Origin: Camelus ferus
Taxonomy: Eukaryota
Direction: 5' to 3'
DNA length: 64,000 nucleotides
Assembly (NCBI RefSeq): GCF_009834535.1
Contig: NC_045696.1
Coordinates: forward strand, 73,844,001-73,908,000
A model generated the notes under the pieces. That model worked only from the letters and a program-made list of their open reading frames with translations, ran no database searches and was not told the DNA's origin. Positions within the stretch are counted from its first letter, which is position 1; the number at the start of each line of letters is the position of its first letter. This document shows, piece after piece, positions 38,513-49,433 of this stretch. Made by a program: the position numbers and the translations under genes.

Positions 38513-39206
38513 TATTTTATTTAATTTATTTTTATTGAGGTATAGTTGATGTACAATATTATATGTTATAGGTGTACAGTATAATGATTCACACTTTTTA
38601 AAGTTTATACTCAATTTATAGTTATTATAAAATATTGGTTATATTCCCTGTGTTGTACAATAGATCCCAGTAGCTCATTTTATATATAATAGTTTGTACC
38701 TTTTAGTCCTCTACCCATATATTGCCCCTTCCTCCTTTCCTCTCTCCACTGGTAACCACTAGTTTTTTCTCTATATCTGTGTGTCTGCATCTTTTTTGTT
38801 ATATTCACTAGTTTGTTGTAATTTTTAGATTTCACATATAAGTGATGTCATACAGTATTTTGTCATTCTCTGTCTGGCTTATCTCACTTAGCATAATGCC
38901 CTCCAAATCCATCCATGTTGCTGCAAATGGCAAAATTGCATTCTTTTTTTATGGGCGAGTAGTATTCCACACACCTCCTTTATTCATTCATCTGTTGATG
39001 GACACTTAGGTTGCTTTCATATCTTGGCAATTGTAAATAATGCTGCTATGAACATGGGGGTGCATGTTAGTGGTTTTGTTTTTTTCAGATATGTATACCC
39101 AGGAGTGGAATTGCTGGGTCATACAATAGTTCTATTTTTAGTTTTTTTGAAAAACCTCCATACTGTTTTCCACAGTGGCTGCACCAATTTACATTCCCAC
39201 CAGAAG
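38513..39206 (-). mobile_element. 5'-truncated L1 (relatively young), ORF2 end plus 3' UTR plus poly-A
   Basis: Well-preserved antisense L1 motifs (GATGGACACTTAGGTTG, ACCCAGGAGTGGAATTGCTGG, CACCAATTTACATTCCCACCA); TSD TCAAC(AC/TT)ACACTT at 38500-38512 and 39207-39219. Confidence 0.92.
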
Positions 39207-39739
39207 TCAACTTACACTTTAAATGAAACATGATTTGTTCCCTTCCAGTCAGGCTTCCTTCCATATATACTGAGATTAAACTGATTTCAGAATCTTCTTA
39301 GACTTCTACTGTTCCTCAACATTTAAAATTCTCTGAAAATAAATCACTGAGAACTATTGTTTCTCTTTCCTAAATTATCTCTTGAATCTGTCTTCTCTTA
39401 TTCTCGCTGGTATTGCCTTAGTTCGGGCTTTTACTATTTCTTGTTGAGAATACTGCTTTATAATGGTACAGTGCAATGTAGCATAGATATGGTGAGGCAC
39501 AAAGAATATAGGCTTTGGAGTTGAACAAATCTTTAGAATATCATTTCCAACTCTTACTAGTTAAATATACTTTTTGAAGTTATTTAATTTTGGGGGATCA
39601 TGATTTCTCCCTCTATAAAATGGGGAATCATAATATCTACTTTCAGAGCTTTTGTAAAGATTTAATATGATAATGTGCCTAAAGTATCCAGTACCATGTT
39701 TAGTATGATATAGGTGTTCAGTAAATTTTGTTCAGTTGT

Positions 39740-40218
39740 CCTTTTGTATTCAGTTGTTATGTGAAATAAATGCAATTAAGAGACAAGCAAAAAATGAATG
39801 ATATTGACACATATAACTGGAAGTTTCAAGACACTGTCAATCCAGGGCTGACACAATGTCCATAGAGCGCTTTTTTTCCTTTCATCTCTATTCTTTTCTC
39901 ATGTATTGGTTTCTATTTACACAGACTCATTGTATGTAATGGCAGGATGACTGCTGGAAACTCACAGCCTACATCTTTAGAGAATGTTTTCTGAAGGGAT
40001 CCATGGGTTAAATCTCAGGAAAGAACTCAGGCTGGCTCTGCTTGAGTCATGTGCTTATCCATGAATCAACTGTTTGTCCCAAAAAATGCAGCATTAAAAT
40101 TGACCTAAGCCTGTGGTTCTGTGGGACACTGATTGACAGTCTCACCAAGACCTCACAGAGCAGAGAGGAAGTTCTTACCAGGAAATGATTGCTTTCAGAC
40201 AAAAACAGCATACCCACC
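39740..40218 (-). mobile_element. MLT1-type solo LTR
   Basis: TGTATT..GTT...ATAACTGGAAGTT...GGCTCTGCTTGAGTCATGTGC...CTGATTGACAG. Confidence 0.7.
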
Positions 40219-40559
40219 AGACCTTTCCTACTCAATCTCCTTGTCTTCAGGATTTCTGTCCCGCATATCCTCCACCATATAAGAAAATTATTTTTCTAAA
40301 ATGTAGAGTATATTATGTAACTCTCAAAACCTTAAAAACCTGTACCCTGCTTAGAGAATATAGCACCAACTTCTTTATAGGGCTTCAGATATTCACCCTA
40401 TTTGACCCCAACCAATCTTCCTTTCTTTCCCACTGTGTACCACCAATACCATCAGACCCCTCAACAGATGCTGAGTCTTCCGTCTTCTTACCTTTGCTCA
40501 AACTCTTCTGCTTGAAACGACCCTTTCCCCCATCTTAGCACAGAGGTTGGCCAATTTGC

Positions 40560-41060
40560 TTTTCTAGACTGCAGTGGCATTCATTCTTTTGATCTACCCA
40601 GAAATACTCTTTCTAATAGAACTTGCTTCTATCCCTTTGCAATGATGTGTTTCCAAAAGCCTTGCCAGTCACAATAGTGTCCAATTCTGGCTACTTGACA
40701 TAGGCCGTATAAATATCATATTTGTGGCCACAAGGGTGAGCAAGTAAACCAAGCTGGGCCAATTGGAGTCCTTCCTAGACTGAAAGTAGGCAAGAGAGAC
40801 TCTTTTCTTTCTGAATCATTACTTTGGAATGAAGTTTAGCCCAAAGCTGCCAGTGGCCATGTTCCTAATACAAGGAGAAAGCTCATGTGTAGTAGTAAGA
40901 CACCAAAGCCAACATGCAAAGAGAATCAGACAAGAGAGGTAGAAAGACTAAGAGAGTCAGTGTGTTTCAGTCCTTTCCTAATAGTGACAACCCATAATCT
41001 CTGTTTTTCCCCCTTACACTTCTTTGAATTGAGTCTCTGCCACTTGAAAGAAATAGTCTT
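40560..41060 (+). mobile_element. MLT1-type solo LTR
   Basis: ACCAAGCTGGGCCAAT...GCTGCCAGTGGCCATGTT...TGAATTGAGTCTCTGCCACTTG. Confidence 0.7.
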
Positions 41061-42490
41061 CCAGTTCCATGTTAAATATTTCTTCCTCTAAGCAGCCTTT
41101 CTAGACCATACCCTTATAGACCTGTTTAATTATGTATTTCCCATCTGCTTTTTAAAGCTATAGTTAAATGTGTACCTATCTCACTAGGTTCAATCATTCA
41201 GTAACATCTGCCAAGTATTACCATGTTTCCCTCTGTGCTAGCCTGGGAGCTTGACTCCTACCCTACTCAGCACAGGGCCTGGTACACAATAGAGTTTCAA
41301 AAAATGTTTATTACATTGAATTGCTGAAGGTCATTCAAAAAAGGATTTTCTTCCCATTGTGCCTGATGACATGTATTTCACTCTCCATTCCAAGCTCTGC
41401 ACTGGTAATAGAATCACAAATAATCTACAATATTTCACTGAAAATGTAATTTTTGAAAAAATACATGAACAACTGGAGAACATGAGCTACATTTGAAGCA
41501 GAAAGGTTAGTTTTCAAATAATGAACTCAAGCCATTTCTATGTCTTACCTCTAAATAGCAGGTACAAATTGGTTTATTTGCATTTTCTTGGTTAATTACA
41601 CATTTTGGAATGATCTTTCCATGTGGAAGTCATTGATAACAGGATCTAATTCCAGAGACCAAAGTGCCATTAGTTTCATTGAATTGAAGCATTTTCAGAG
41701 GTTGGAGTCAAAGCCTGTGAATTAGAAATCGTGGGTCTTAATTACATCTTGGTCACAGATTGGTTGTTTTCTTGGAAGCACACAACCTCAAAAAATTCAA
41801 GTGCCTGTAAAATGAAGATGAGAATCTTAGTTTCCTTCATTATCACTTTTATGTGGTTTCATGAAATACTACCTATACATACCCTTGAATATCTAGGATG
41901 ATGTGTGTTACTTTTCTGAGTTCTTAAATAGAGTGGCTATTTAGCATCCTGGATAAATAGGTAAATTAGGGTCTGGTCCAGTGGAAAGCAAAATCTAGTT
42001 CTTTGTAAGGAAAGTACAGAAATAAGAAAGAGAAGGAAGCCAACCTGAATCGGATGCTCCTATACACCAACTGGGTGTTGGGCAAGGGTCTTTATTTATT
42101 TTCAATCTTTAAAAGAGAGTTATAAGAAAGAGAATATATTTTACCCTAATGAGACCAAACCTCAGGTACCTTAAACAATTGTCTTCAGGGTCACACAAAC
42201 AACAACTGGATGATGGTCTGTGTGCTGGTCTTTGTAAAGTTAATTATGCTGTAAAAAGGCTATGCTTTTGGTTCTGGCAAATTAAGCCATTTACTCATAA
42301 CATTTAATAAAAACTAGGCAGCCATTCTGGGTATCTGCAAAAGTAGTGTTATACAATTTGTTGTTAATTATTGTCAGCAATAAGAGGAACTTTGAACTTC
42401 AGGATGGTTTTGCTTTATCACAGTGGCTCATAAATTTAAAAAGTTAGCCCTTGAGTTTGTTTCTAGATGGGACTATAGGAAGGCTGTGGA

Positions 42491-42590
42491 CAGTCATTCT
42501 TAAACCACAGATTAGGCATCAGATTTACTTGTGAAGCTTGTTGAAGAAACCAACCCTGGATGCATTTCATGTAGACTCTGATTCTGAAGA
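42491..42590. mobile_element. MER5-like hAT fragment
   Basis: CAGTCATTCTTAAAC...GCATCAGATTTACTTGTGAAGCTTGTT...CTGATTCTG. Confidence 0.65.
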
Positions 42591-44089
42591 GTGTGTGTGT
42601 GCGTGTGCGCATGCACACGTGCGTGTTTACATGTTCCTCTCTGAGATAGGAAGATAGTAATCCAAGAATGACAGGTTTCCCTGGGAGAAGACGAAAGCCA
42701 GTCCTAGGGAGATGCATAAATATGGGAAACCCTATGAAATCTAGCATATCTGGAAGGTATCCTGGAGTCCCTAAACTCACCCTCCAGCTGCAGACATTTC
42801 TAAATTGGCTTCAGAATTTACCCACTCTTATGTAACCTGTGTGGCAGAGACATCACCTGGTCCTGACAGGTTTTCTCTCATCCTGGAGCAGGTTTGAGTC
42901 AAAACAGCTAACAGAAGTAAGAAGACAGCACCCTGGGTAAATACGTAAAGCAGCTAAAGTGAGAATCCCTTGGCTACAAGCCAAAAATCTTACCATGAAG
43001 GAGGCTGCACCCCTTTCAACCGCCAGATAAGACAGGATAATACTTTCATGTTTCACTTGGCCAGTTCATAATGTGGCACTCAAAAGGAAGCAAGTCTGTC
43101 AAGCTGGTGTCTGCATTATCTGATTTCCCCCACACTGCCCCTACTGTCCCCCATTGTGTCAGAAGTGCATTACTTGTTGGAGCACTGAGGCTCAACCAAC
43201 GTGGAGAGTGGGGCAGGGAGGATTATGGTGAAGAGCAGTGAGGCTCAACTAATGTGGGAAGTGGGGAGAGGCAGGGAGACACATAACAACACCCGCTCTG
43301 CTTTGACTCACACAACCAAATCCACTTGAAAAGCTGGTTCAGATTTGGGTGTAACAACTCTATCGGCAAAAGACAGCAAGGGTTTTCTCAAAGCTGTTTC
43401 TTCAGAATTCAGAGGAAACAGTGTTAGGAGGATGTAAATACCACTCCCTTAATTAATTTTATTGAAGAGAGGTTTAATTGTGTGTGTGTGTGTGGGGGGG
43501 TTTGTGTGTGTTTATGCACACATGAGTGCACTCATTTATTCCTCCACACACCAGCATGAAAACATGGAAGATGTCTTTCTTGGGAATGGCCATTGAGTGC
43601 TATGGGAAAAAGTGATTTCACTGGTGGTTTTTTTGTCCATAACACAAGGAATTTAATCTGATATTCCTTCCCCATAGAAACTGGCAGTAGTCAAATGATA
43701 TAGCATGGGAGTCTGATGAGCATTAGGTGTATGAGGGTCCACAGTTTAGTTTGAGACTATATGCAAAAGCAAACAGTCTGTGGCATAGTCAGAACAATCA
43801 GTACAGGTTGACTATGGATTCTGAATAGTTCATAGAATCATTATCAGTATAGGTGTAGTAATCACATTGATTATGAAAACTGACCTTAGAAAACAACAGA
43901 GATCATTTAGAAGACTGAAGTCTAACAAGTTTAAATAGATCAGATCATAGATGATGCCCTGTGTTTTCTCATCTCCGTACTAAAGAAAAATATAAATTCT
44001 TCAGGTGAGAATACCTGAAGAAATTGCCCGGTAACTTTTACTAGAGACTCTCAAAGTTACTTTAAAAATGAACATTAATCAGTAATAAA

Positions 44090-44330
44090 CAGTTATAATG
44101 GAACAGCTGTCCTTTACCTGACTTAGTAGTGTTTTACACACATTATTTCAGTTAATTCTCTCAAAAGCCATAGGGCTTAATGCTTAATGCTCTTAGTACC
44201 CCCATTTTACTGATGAGGAAAATGAAACCCAGAGAATTTGAGTTCACACAGATAAAATAAGTGGCGGACTTAGGAATGGAACCTATAGAGGCCTGATCCC
44301 TGGAACCTGGTTCTTAATCATTTCTCTATT
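44090..44330 (-). mobile_element. MIR SINE
   Basis: CCCCATTTTACTGATGAGGAAAATGAAACCCAGAGA. Confidence 0.85.
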
Positions 44331-44909
44331 CTGGAACCGCAAGCACCTCCAACATAACCCAGAGATGTAGCAAGAGGAGTTAAATGGCTTGTCATATTGA
44401 TAAATCTAGGGTGAGGTTTTCCAAATTCATAAACTAGGGTTGTTCACTAGGTCACATAACTTCATTAAAGCAAATCAAGTAATCCTCCTGGCTTCCTAGC
44501 TTGATATTAATAAAGGATGGACCAGGGAGACGAGATATCCAGTTGAAGTTTGTTCTAAGCACAGCCTTGTTTATATAAGCTTATATAATGTAAGCACCAT
44601 CCTGCTGTCAAAAGATCTCAGAGAAACCTTATTACAGTCTCTTTAGGTTACTTTTCAATTAAGAATTGCTATTTAGAAAAGAAATAACCTTTCACCATAA
44701 AAAAAAAGGGAAAGAAGAAAGACAAATACACATATATTCAAGAAAAAAATCACCCATTCCTAACCTTATCGCTGTTTAATTTTGTTGTGCTTATATTCTA
44801 GCTTTTTGTGTCCGTATATACATTTCTATTTTTCAAATAAAAATTAGATGTAGCATCATATTATTTCATTTACTGTGTTTCCTTGTCAATATATCAATAT
44901 ATGGTTCAG

Positions 44910-45090
44910 CAGCCACAACCTAGCTTTGCATTTATGAATTGTGAAACTTTAGGAAAATTGCTTAGTTTCTAAATGCCTCAATTTGCTCTTTTGTAAAAGA
45001 GAGGTACTATAACATTGCCATAAGGGCTTATTTTTAATATATGAAAAGTGCTTAGGGAAGTGCCTGGCACATAGTAAATATTATATAGAC
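44910..45090 (+). mobile_element. MIR SINE
   Basis: TGCCTCAATTTGCTCTTTTGTAAAA...AAGTGCTTAG...TGCCTGGCACATAGTAAAT. Confidence 0.85.
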
Positions 45091-45239
45091 ATTTCTTAAA
45101 TGAAAAAAAAAAATACCGGAGAAAAGGATATGCACCCTTTTTAAGGATTCAGATATTACCAAATTGCCTTCAAGAAAGATTCTACCAATTTAATGCTTTC
45201 AGCAGCATGTGAGTGGAGCATCCATTCTCCTGCTCTTGG

Positions 45240-45470
45240 CAGAGTGGTTAAGAGTACAGAGGACAGGCCCAAATCTGGCTCCATCGCGCAGTGGCCATGT
45301 TATTTTGGGAAAGTTACTTGACCATACTAAGCTTCACTTTCTTTTCCTGTAAAATGGAAATGACAATAAATATCTACTTTTTCTTGTTGTTGTGAAGCTG
45401 AAATGAGATAATATAAGTAAACTGATTAGCACAGTGTTTCATATAGAGAAAGGGGTCAATAAATGACAAC
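45240..45470 (+). mobile_element. MIR SINE
   Basis: AGAGTGGTTAAGAG...AAGTTACTTGACC...CTGTAAAATGG...GTCAATAAATG. Confidence 0.85.
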
Positions 45471-46249
45471 TCAGTCTATGTTTGCAGTCCCTCCATTTTA
45501 AGGACAAAAAAATTTGGACGAGGAAGTATGTCATCCATGACTGAAGAACTAAGGTAATGGGTCAAAATGATACAGGTAATCCAGTGAGGAGGATGTATCT
45601 GATTCTAGGTGACAAATTTTCGTGCCTGGCTGACCAGTATGGGTATCTTTTAAAAAACATTTCCAGGATGACTTCCTGTGGCAAGTGCTCAGCATTCGTT
45701 AAATAGTGACATGAACAGTGGGACAGAAAGTGCTTATTAAACCTGCCACTGTCAGAGAGGGAGTGCATGATTTCATCTTGAAAGAACCAAGAAAATACTA
45801 TTCTACCAGAAAAATATAGTTGACTACTTGAGAAAAATCAGCTGCCCAAGTACCAGATAGAGAATTAGTGATGTTCAAATCAAGAAGCAAAAGCTCTGTC
45901 AGTCTGTATGTGCAAAACAACGTGTGATGAATCTACTGAGTAAGTCAACCTATGAGACTCGAGCAGATAGACTGAGAACTGGGTGGTGTCCTGCTCCTTT
46001 TGGGCATCACTGACCAGCCTTTTTGATAAGTAACAAGATAGGACTGGGTTCCTTAGTTAGGAATGGTCTTGAAGAGTGTAGGATGTCATCAGATAAGGTT
46101 TACAATACAAATGGCTGAAAAGATAAAAGTACCTAGCATTATTCACCTTGAGGAATTTGTCAGACATTTTTGTTATTTTTTTTCAAGTACAGGCAAGACT
46201 CTCTTAGAGAGGAAAGAGTACAGTTGTTTATTTCCACTGAGACTGGAAC

Positions 46250-46490
46250 TATGGGAAGTGGATTTCAAACTGCAGCATGAGAGATTTAAGTTAGAATGAT
46301 TGGAAAAAACTTATCAGTGATGTGAACTGTGAAACATTGTAGATGATTACCAAGCAAAGCTATGTAATCTTTTCAGAATTATTTAAAATAAGATTTTTTT
46401 TATATTAGTTTCAAATTATTTTAGTGAGCCTTAACTAAGGGCAGGTGAATAGGCTGGGTAGACTCTCAAGGTTCCTTTTTATGATTTGAT
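46250..46490 (+). mobile_element. CR1/L3 LINE 3' end relic
   Basis: AAACTGCAGCATGAGAGATTTAAGTTAGA...GGGCAGG...CTCTCAAGGTTCCTT...ATGATT resembles the CR1 3' terminus; weaker similar relics at ~9770-9930 and ~51860-52010. Confidence 0.6.
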
Positions 46491-48249
46491 GATAAAAAGA
46501 CTTGATCCTGTAAAGATTGCTCTATCTTCTTTTTTCTTGCAGCTACCCAAGAAACAGCTGTTGCCTTGACAACAAGCGACATTCTTAGGTTCCTCATATG
46601 CTAATAGGAAGACGGCCAATTTTCTTGTTCATAAAAGAAAACTCTTGGTTAATGTGTGCATCTCTTTCTCTCTCTTCCCCACCCCTCTCTCTTTCACTTT
46701 CTTTCTCCCACCATTACCAGCCACCTTTACATGAACCTCAGTGAGAGGTAGAGTTAAAAGAATATGAGAAAGAAGATGAGAACAGTTAGTATTTTCAGAA
46801 ATCCTCACTGAAACTTAAGAAACTCATTCTCAAAAGAGTTTGGAGTAAGATAATGCTATGGGAATAACAAGAAGTCAGCATTGGACATGTAGAGAAGAAA
46901 AACAATGGATGGCATGAAATTCTTAGAATGTGGGCAGGCATACTGAACAGATTCCAAGAGGAAAGCCTCAATATACCTTCAGTGGTCTCATCATGGGATG
47001 ACATAACCACTTCCAATTATCTAGGCGCATGTACACAGACATCATCCACTTTTGACCAGACTGAGTAATGGTATACAGATCTAGCTTCACATAGGATTTA
47101 TGTGAATAATACTACAGAACATAGCAAAAGAACAGCAATTATTTCCACACACAGTTCGCTAAAGTAATAGGCAGCAATTAGTACCCCTCGGGCAAGAACC
47201 ACAGAATAATCCTGCTTTCTCCTTTGCTACCAGAAATGTAGCCAAATGCAGGCTAAGAAACAGATTGACAGCTGATAAAAAGTGCTTTGAGTAAACTTAC
47301 CCATATATTATGTGGTGAGCTATAGTACATTGAGTTAAAGCAGGCCACCTCTCTGCAGTGTCTCTTAAAGCCTTCACTGTAAAAATGCCAAATTTCTTAG
47401 CCCGGTGGAGTGGTACTTTCTCCACACAGCAGCATGGAAGATTCAAGCCGTAGCACCGTACCAGGCTTGTTCTCACACTGTGCGCACGGGGATGGTGTGT
47501 ACATCACGACAAATGCATGTTTCTTTGTATCTTTACCCTACCTTTTTCTATACAGTAGTTATGTGGTGGGTATGTTTTTTGTTTGCTGTTTTCCCACTCC
47601 CCATTACCTCCCAAGGATTCTTTTTTTGCCCAGAGGAGGGGTATTATTGTTGTTAAAAAGTATTTTTCTTCTGATAGTAAAAATAATTCATGCTCATTGT
47701 AAGGATTATGAGAACAATTCAGAAAAGAACAAAGAAGTAAAGGAGAGAATCTTTATATTATTTTCAAAAGCAGTACTGAAAGCAAAGAAAGCCAATACCT
47801 ATATATATATATATTTATTTCTTTAACTAACTGCTGGTATAGTGTAAGACACAGGATATTACTTCCTGCTTGTCTTCTTTATCTTTCTGTGTTTACCACG
47901 GACCCTGGAGCGTAAGAACACTCTGATGATGTGCACTGTGGATGTCGCTCTACACTCGACTAAAGGAGTGGGATTGTTAAGCACATGGGAGAATATATGA
48001 GGTTGAAAGGCTAAGCAAATCCACTATTTGTGGAACGATATTGCTGGCAGATTTTGGAGCTGGCTTTTCTCATCCCAAGTCCACTGGTCCCTGATATTTC
48101 CCGCAGAATGAGAAGACCATCCTCTTGGTTTGTCTCACTTTTAAACAGTCACAGGGTCTTATCTTCTGACTCTTTTCTCTTTCCTATTTCAGATCCTCAT
48201 TACTGATCTCTTTTCCATTCATCCCCCTACTCCATTTAAAATTACTCAA

Positions 48250-48795
48250 GGTATCCCTATTGTCTGTAAGAGAATATTTTTGTGACATGGGACCTTTCCA
48301 GTCTCCCTGCCTCAGCTCATGGTACTCCCCCAGGCAAATGCTACCTCAAAAGTCACCCCATTCCCCATTCAGCAGTGTTGAACTATTTGTAGTTTCTCAC
48401 TTCCCTCCACCTCCTAGACTTAAGATTTTTTACATTATTGTCTTTTTATTGTTATTCTCTCCACCTGGAATAAACTTTCATCTCAACTTTTCACCAGGAA
48501 CCTTTGCATCCTCGTCTTTGAAGTTTCAGGTAAGACCTTATTCTACTGGTGTGACTGCTCTGCCCCTAATCCCCTCCCACCTGGAGCCAGACATGCTTTT
48601 TTCTGATAAGTCCTGATAACTTTGTTATACTGTGTGCATTTGGTGTGCTTTAGCTAATTTAACAAAAATTCTAGAAGGCAGCATCCTACTCTCGTTTCGC
48701 CTGCTGATATATGTCCCCATCACTTACTACAGAGAGTATGTCACACATTAGGTGCTCAGTGACTATAGTTTGAATGAATAAATGAATGAGTGAAT
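48250..48795 (+). mobile_element. L2 3' end
   Basis: Ends TAGGTGCTCAGT...TTGAATGAATAAATGAATGAGTGAAT. Confidence 0.8.
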
Positions 48796-49300
48796 GTCTT
48801 CTGTGTGCCTAGTGCTGGGGACCCAGTGTTAAGTACGCTGGACACTCTCTGACTTATGTTGCTTACAGTTTAATAGGGGGACTCAGAGAAGTAAAAAGAG
48901 GAAATGCCATATAGTGGAACTGTGAGGCCAGGGGAAGTGCAACAGGGCAGGGAAGAGTGACGTTAGCTGGGAAAGTGTGGGAAGCGTGTCCAGGCAGCAA
49001 GAACAGATGTGCTAAGGCTTGAAGTTAGGGAGAACTTGAGAAAAAGGAAACAAACTCATTGTGGCCAGAATTCCCAATGTGAAATGAAGAAGAAAAAGAG
49101 ATGAGACCAGGAGAGAGCAGGGCCAGTTCCTGAGGGCTTTGGAATCCCTGTGAGGAGGCCACGCAGAGTGGTGGAGGAGCTTTTATGAGGAGGGCTGCTG
49201 TGCTGAGATTTGAGGGTTAGAAAAGTCATTTTGGCTGAGGTGTGGAGATAGTAGTAGAGAGATTAGTTATGGGGGCAGTTACCAGTCAGAAGGCAGCTTC
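48796..49300 (-). mobile_element. L2 fragment, tail-to-tail with the preceding L2
   Basis: TGTGTGCCTAGTGCTGGGGAC...GCTTACAGTTTAAT...CCAGGCAG..GAACAG..GTGC.AAGGC. Confidence 0.8.
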
Positions 49301-49397
49301 TGTGGTCAGTTTCCTCACTTAATGGCAAAATTCTTGAGGGAAAGGATAACCACTTTTTCAATTTTGTAACTTAAGGGCTTAGGTCAATGATTCCTTT

Positions 49398-49433
49398 TTT
49401 AAAAAAATATTTTTATTGAAGTATTGTCAGTTT
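49398..49433 (-). mobile_element. Ultra-short L1 3'-terminal insertion with TSD
   Basis: Reverse complement AAACTGACAATACTTCAATAAAAA resembles the L1 end at 53922-53950; flanked by GGTCAATG(A)TTCCTTT at 49382-49397 and 49434-49448. Confidence 0.75.

Larger units (their letters stand above)
37480..41320. mobile_element. Repeat mosaic: fragmented + strand L2 interrupted by an antisense L2 piece, MIRs (~37850-38060 -, ~39470-39730 +), an L1 and two MLT1 LTRs
   Basis: CT-rich L2 body segments resume after each insertion and end in CAGCACAGGGCCTGGTACACAATAG...AATGTTTATTACATTGAATTG at ~41320. Confidence 0.7.

Noticed and set aside
47410..47826. 138-aa ORF
   Set aside because: Non-ATG start; the 3' half reads through low-complexity, L1-like sequence; no recognisable domain.
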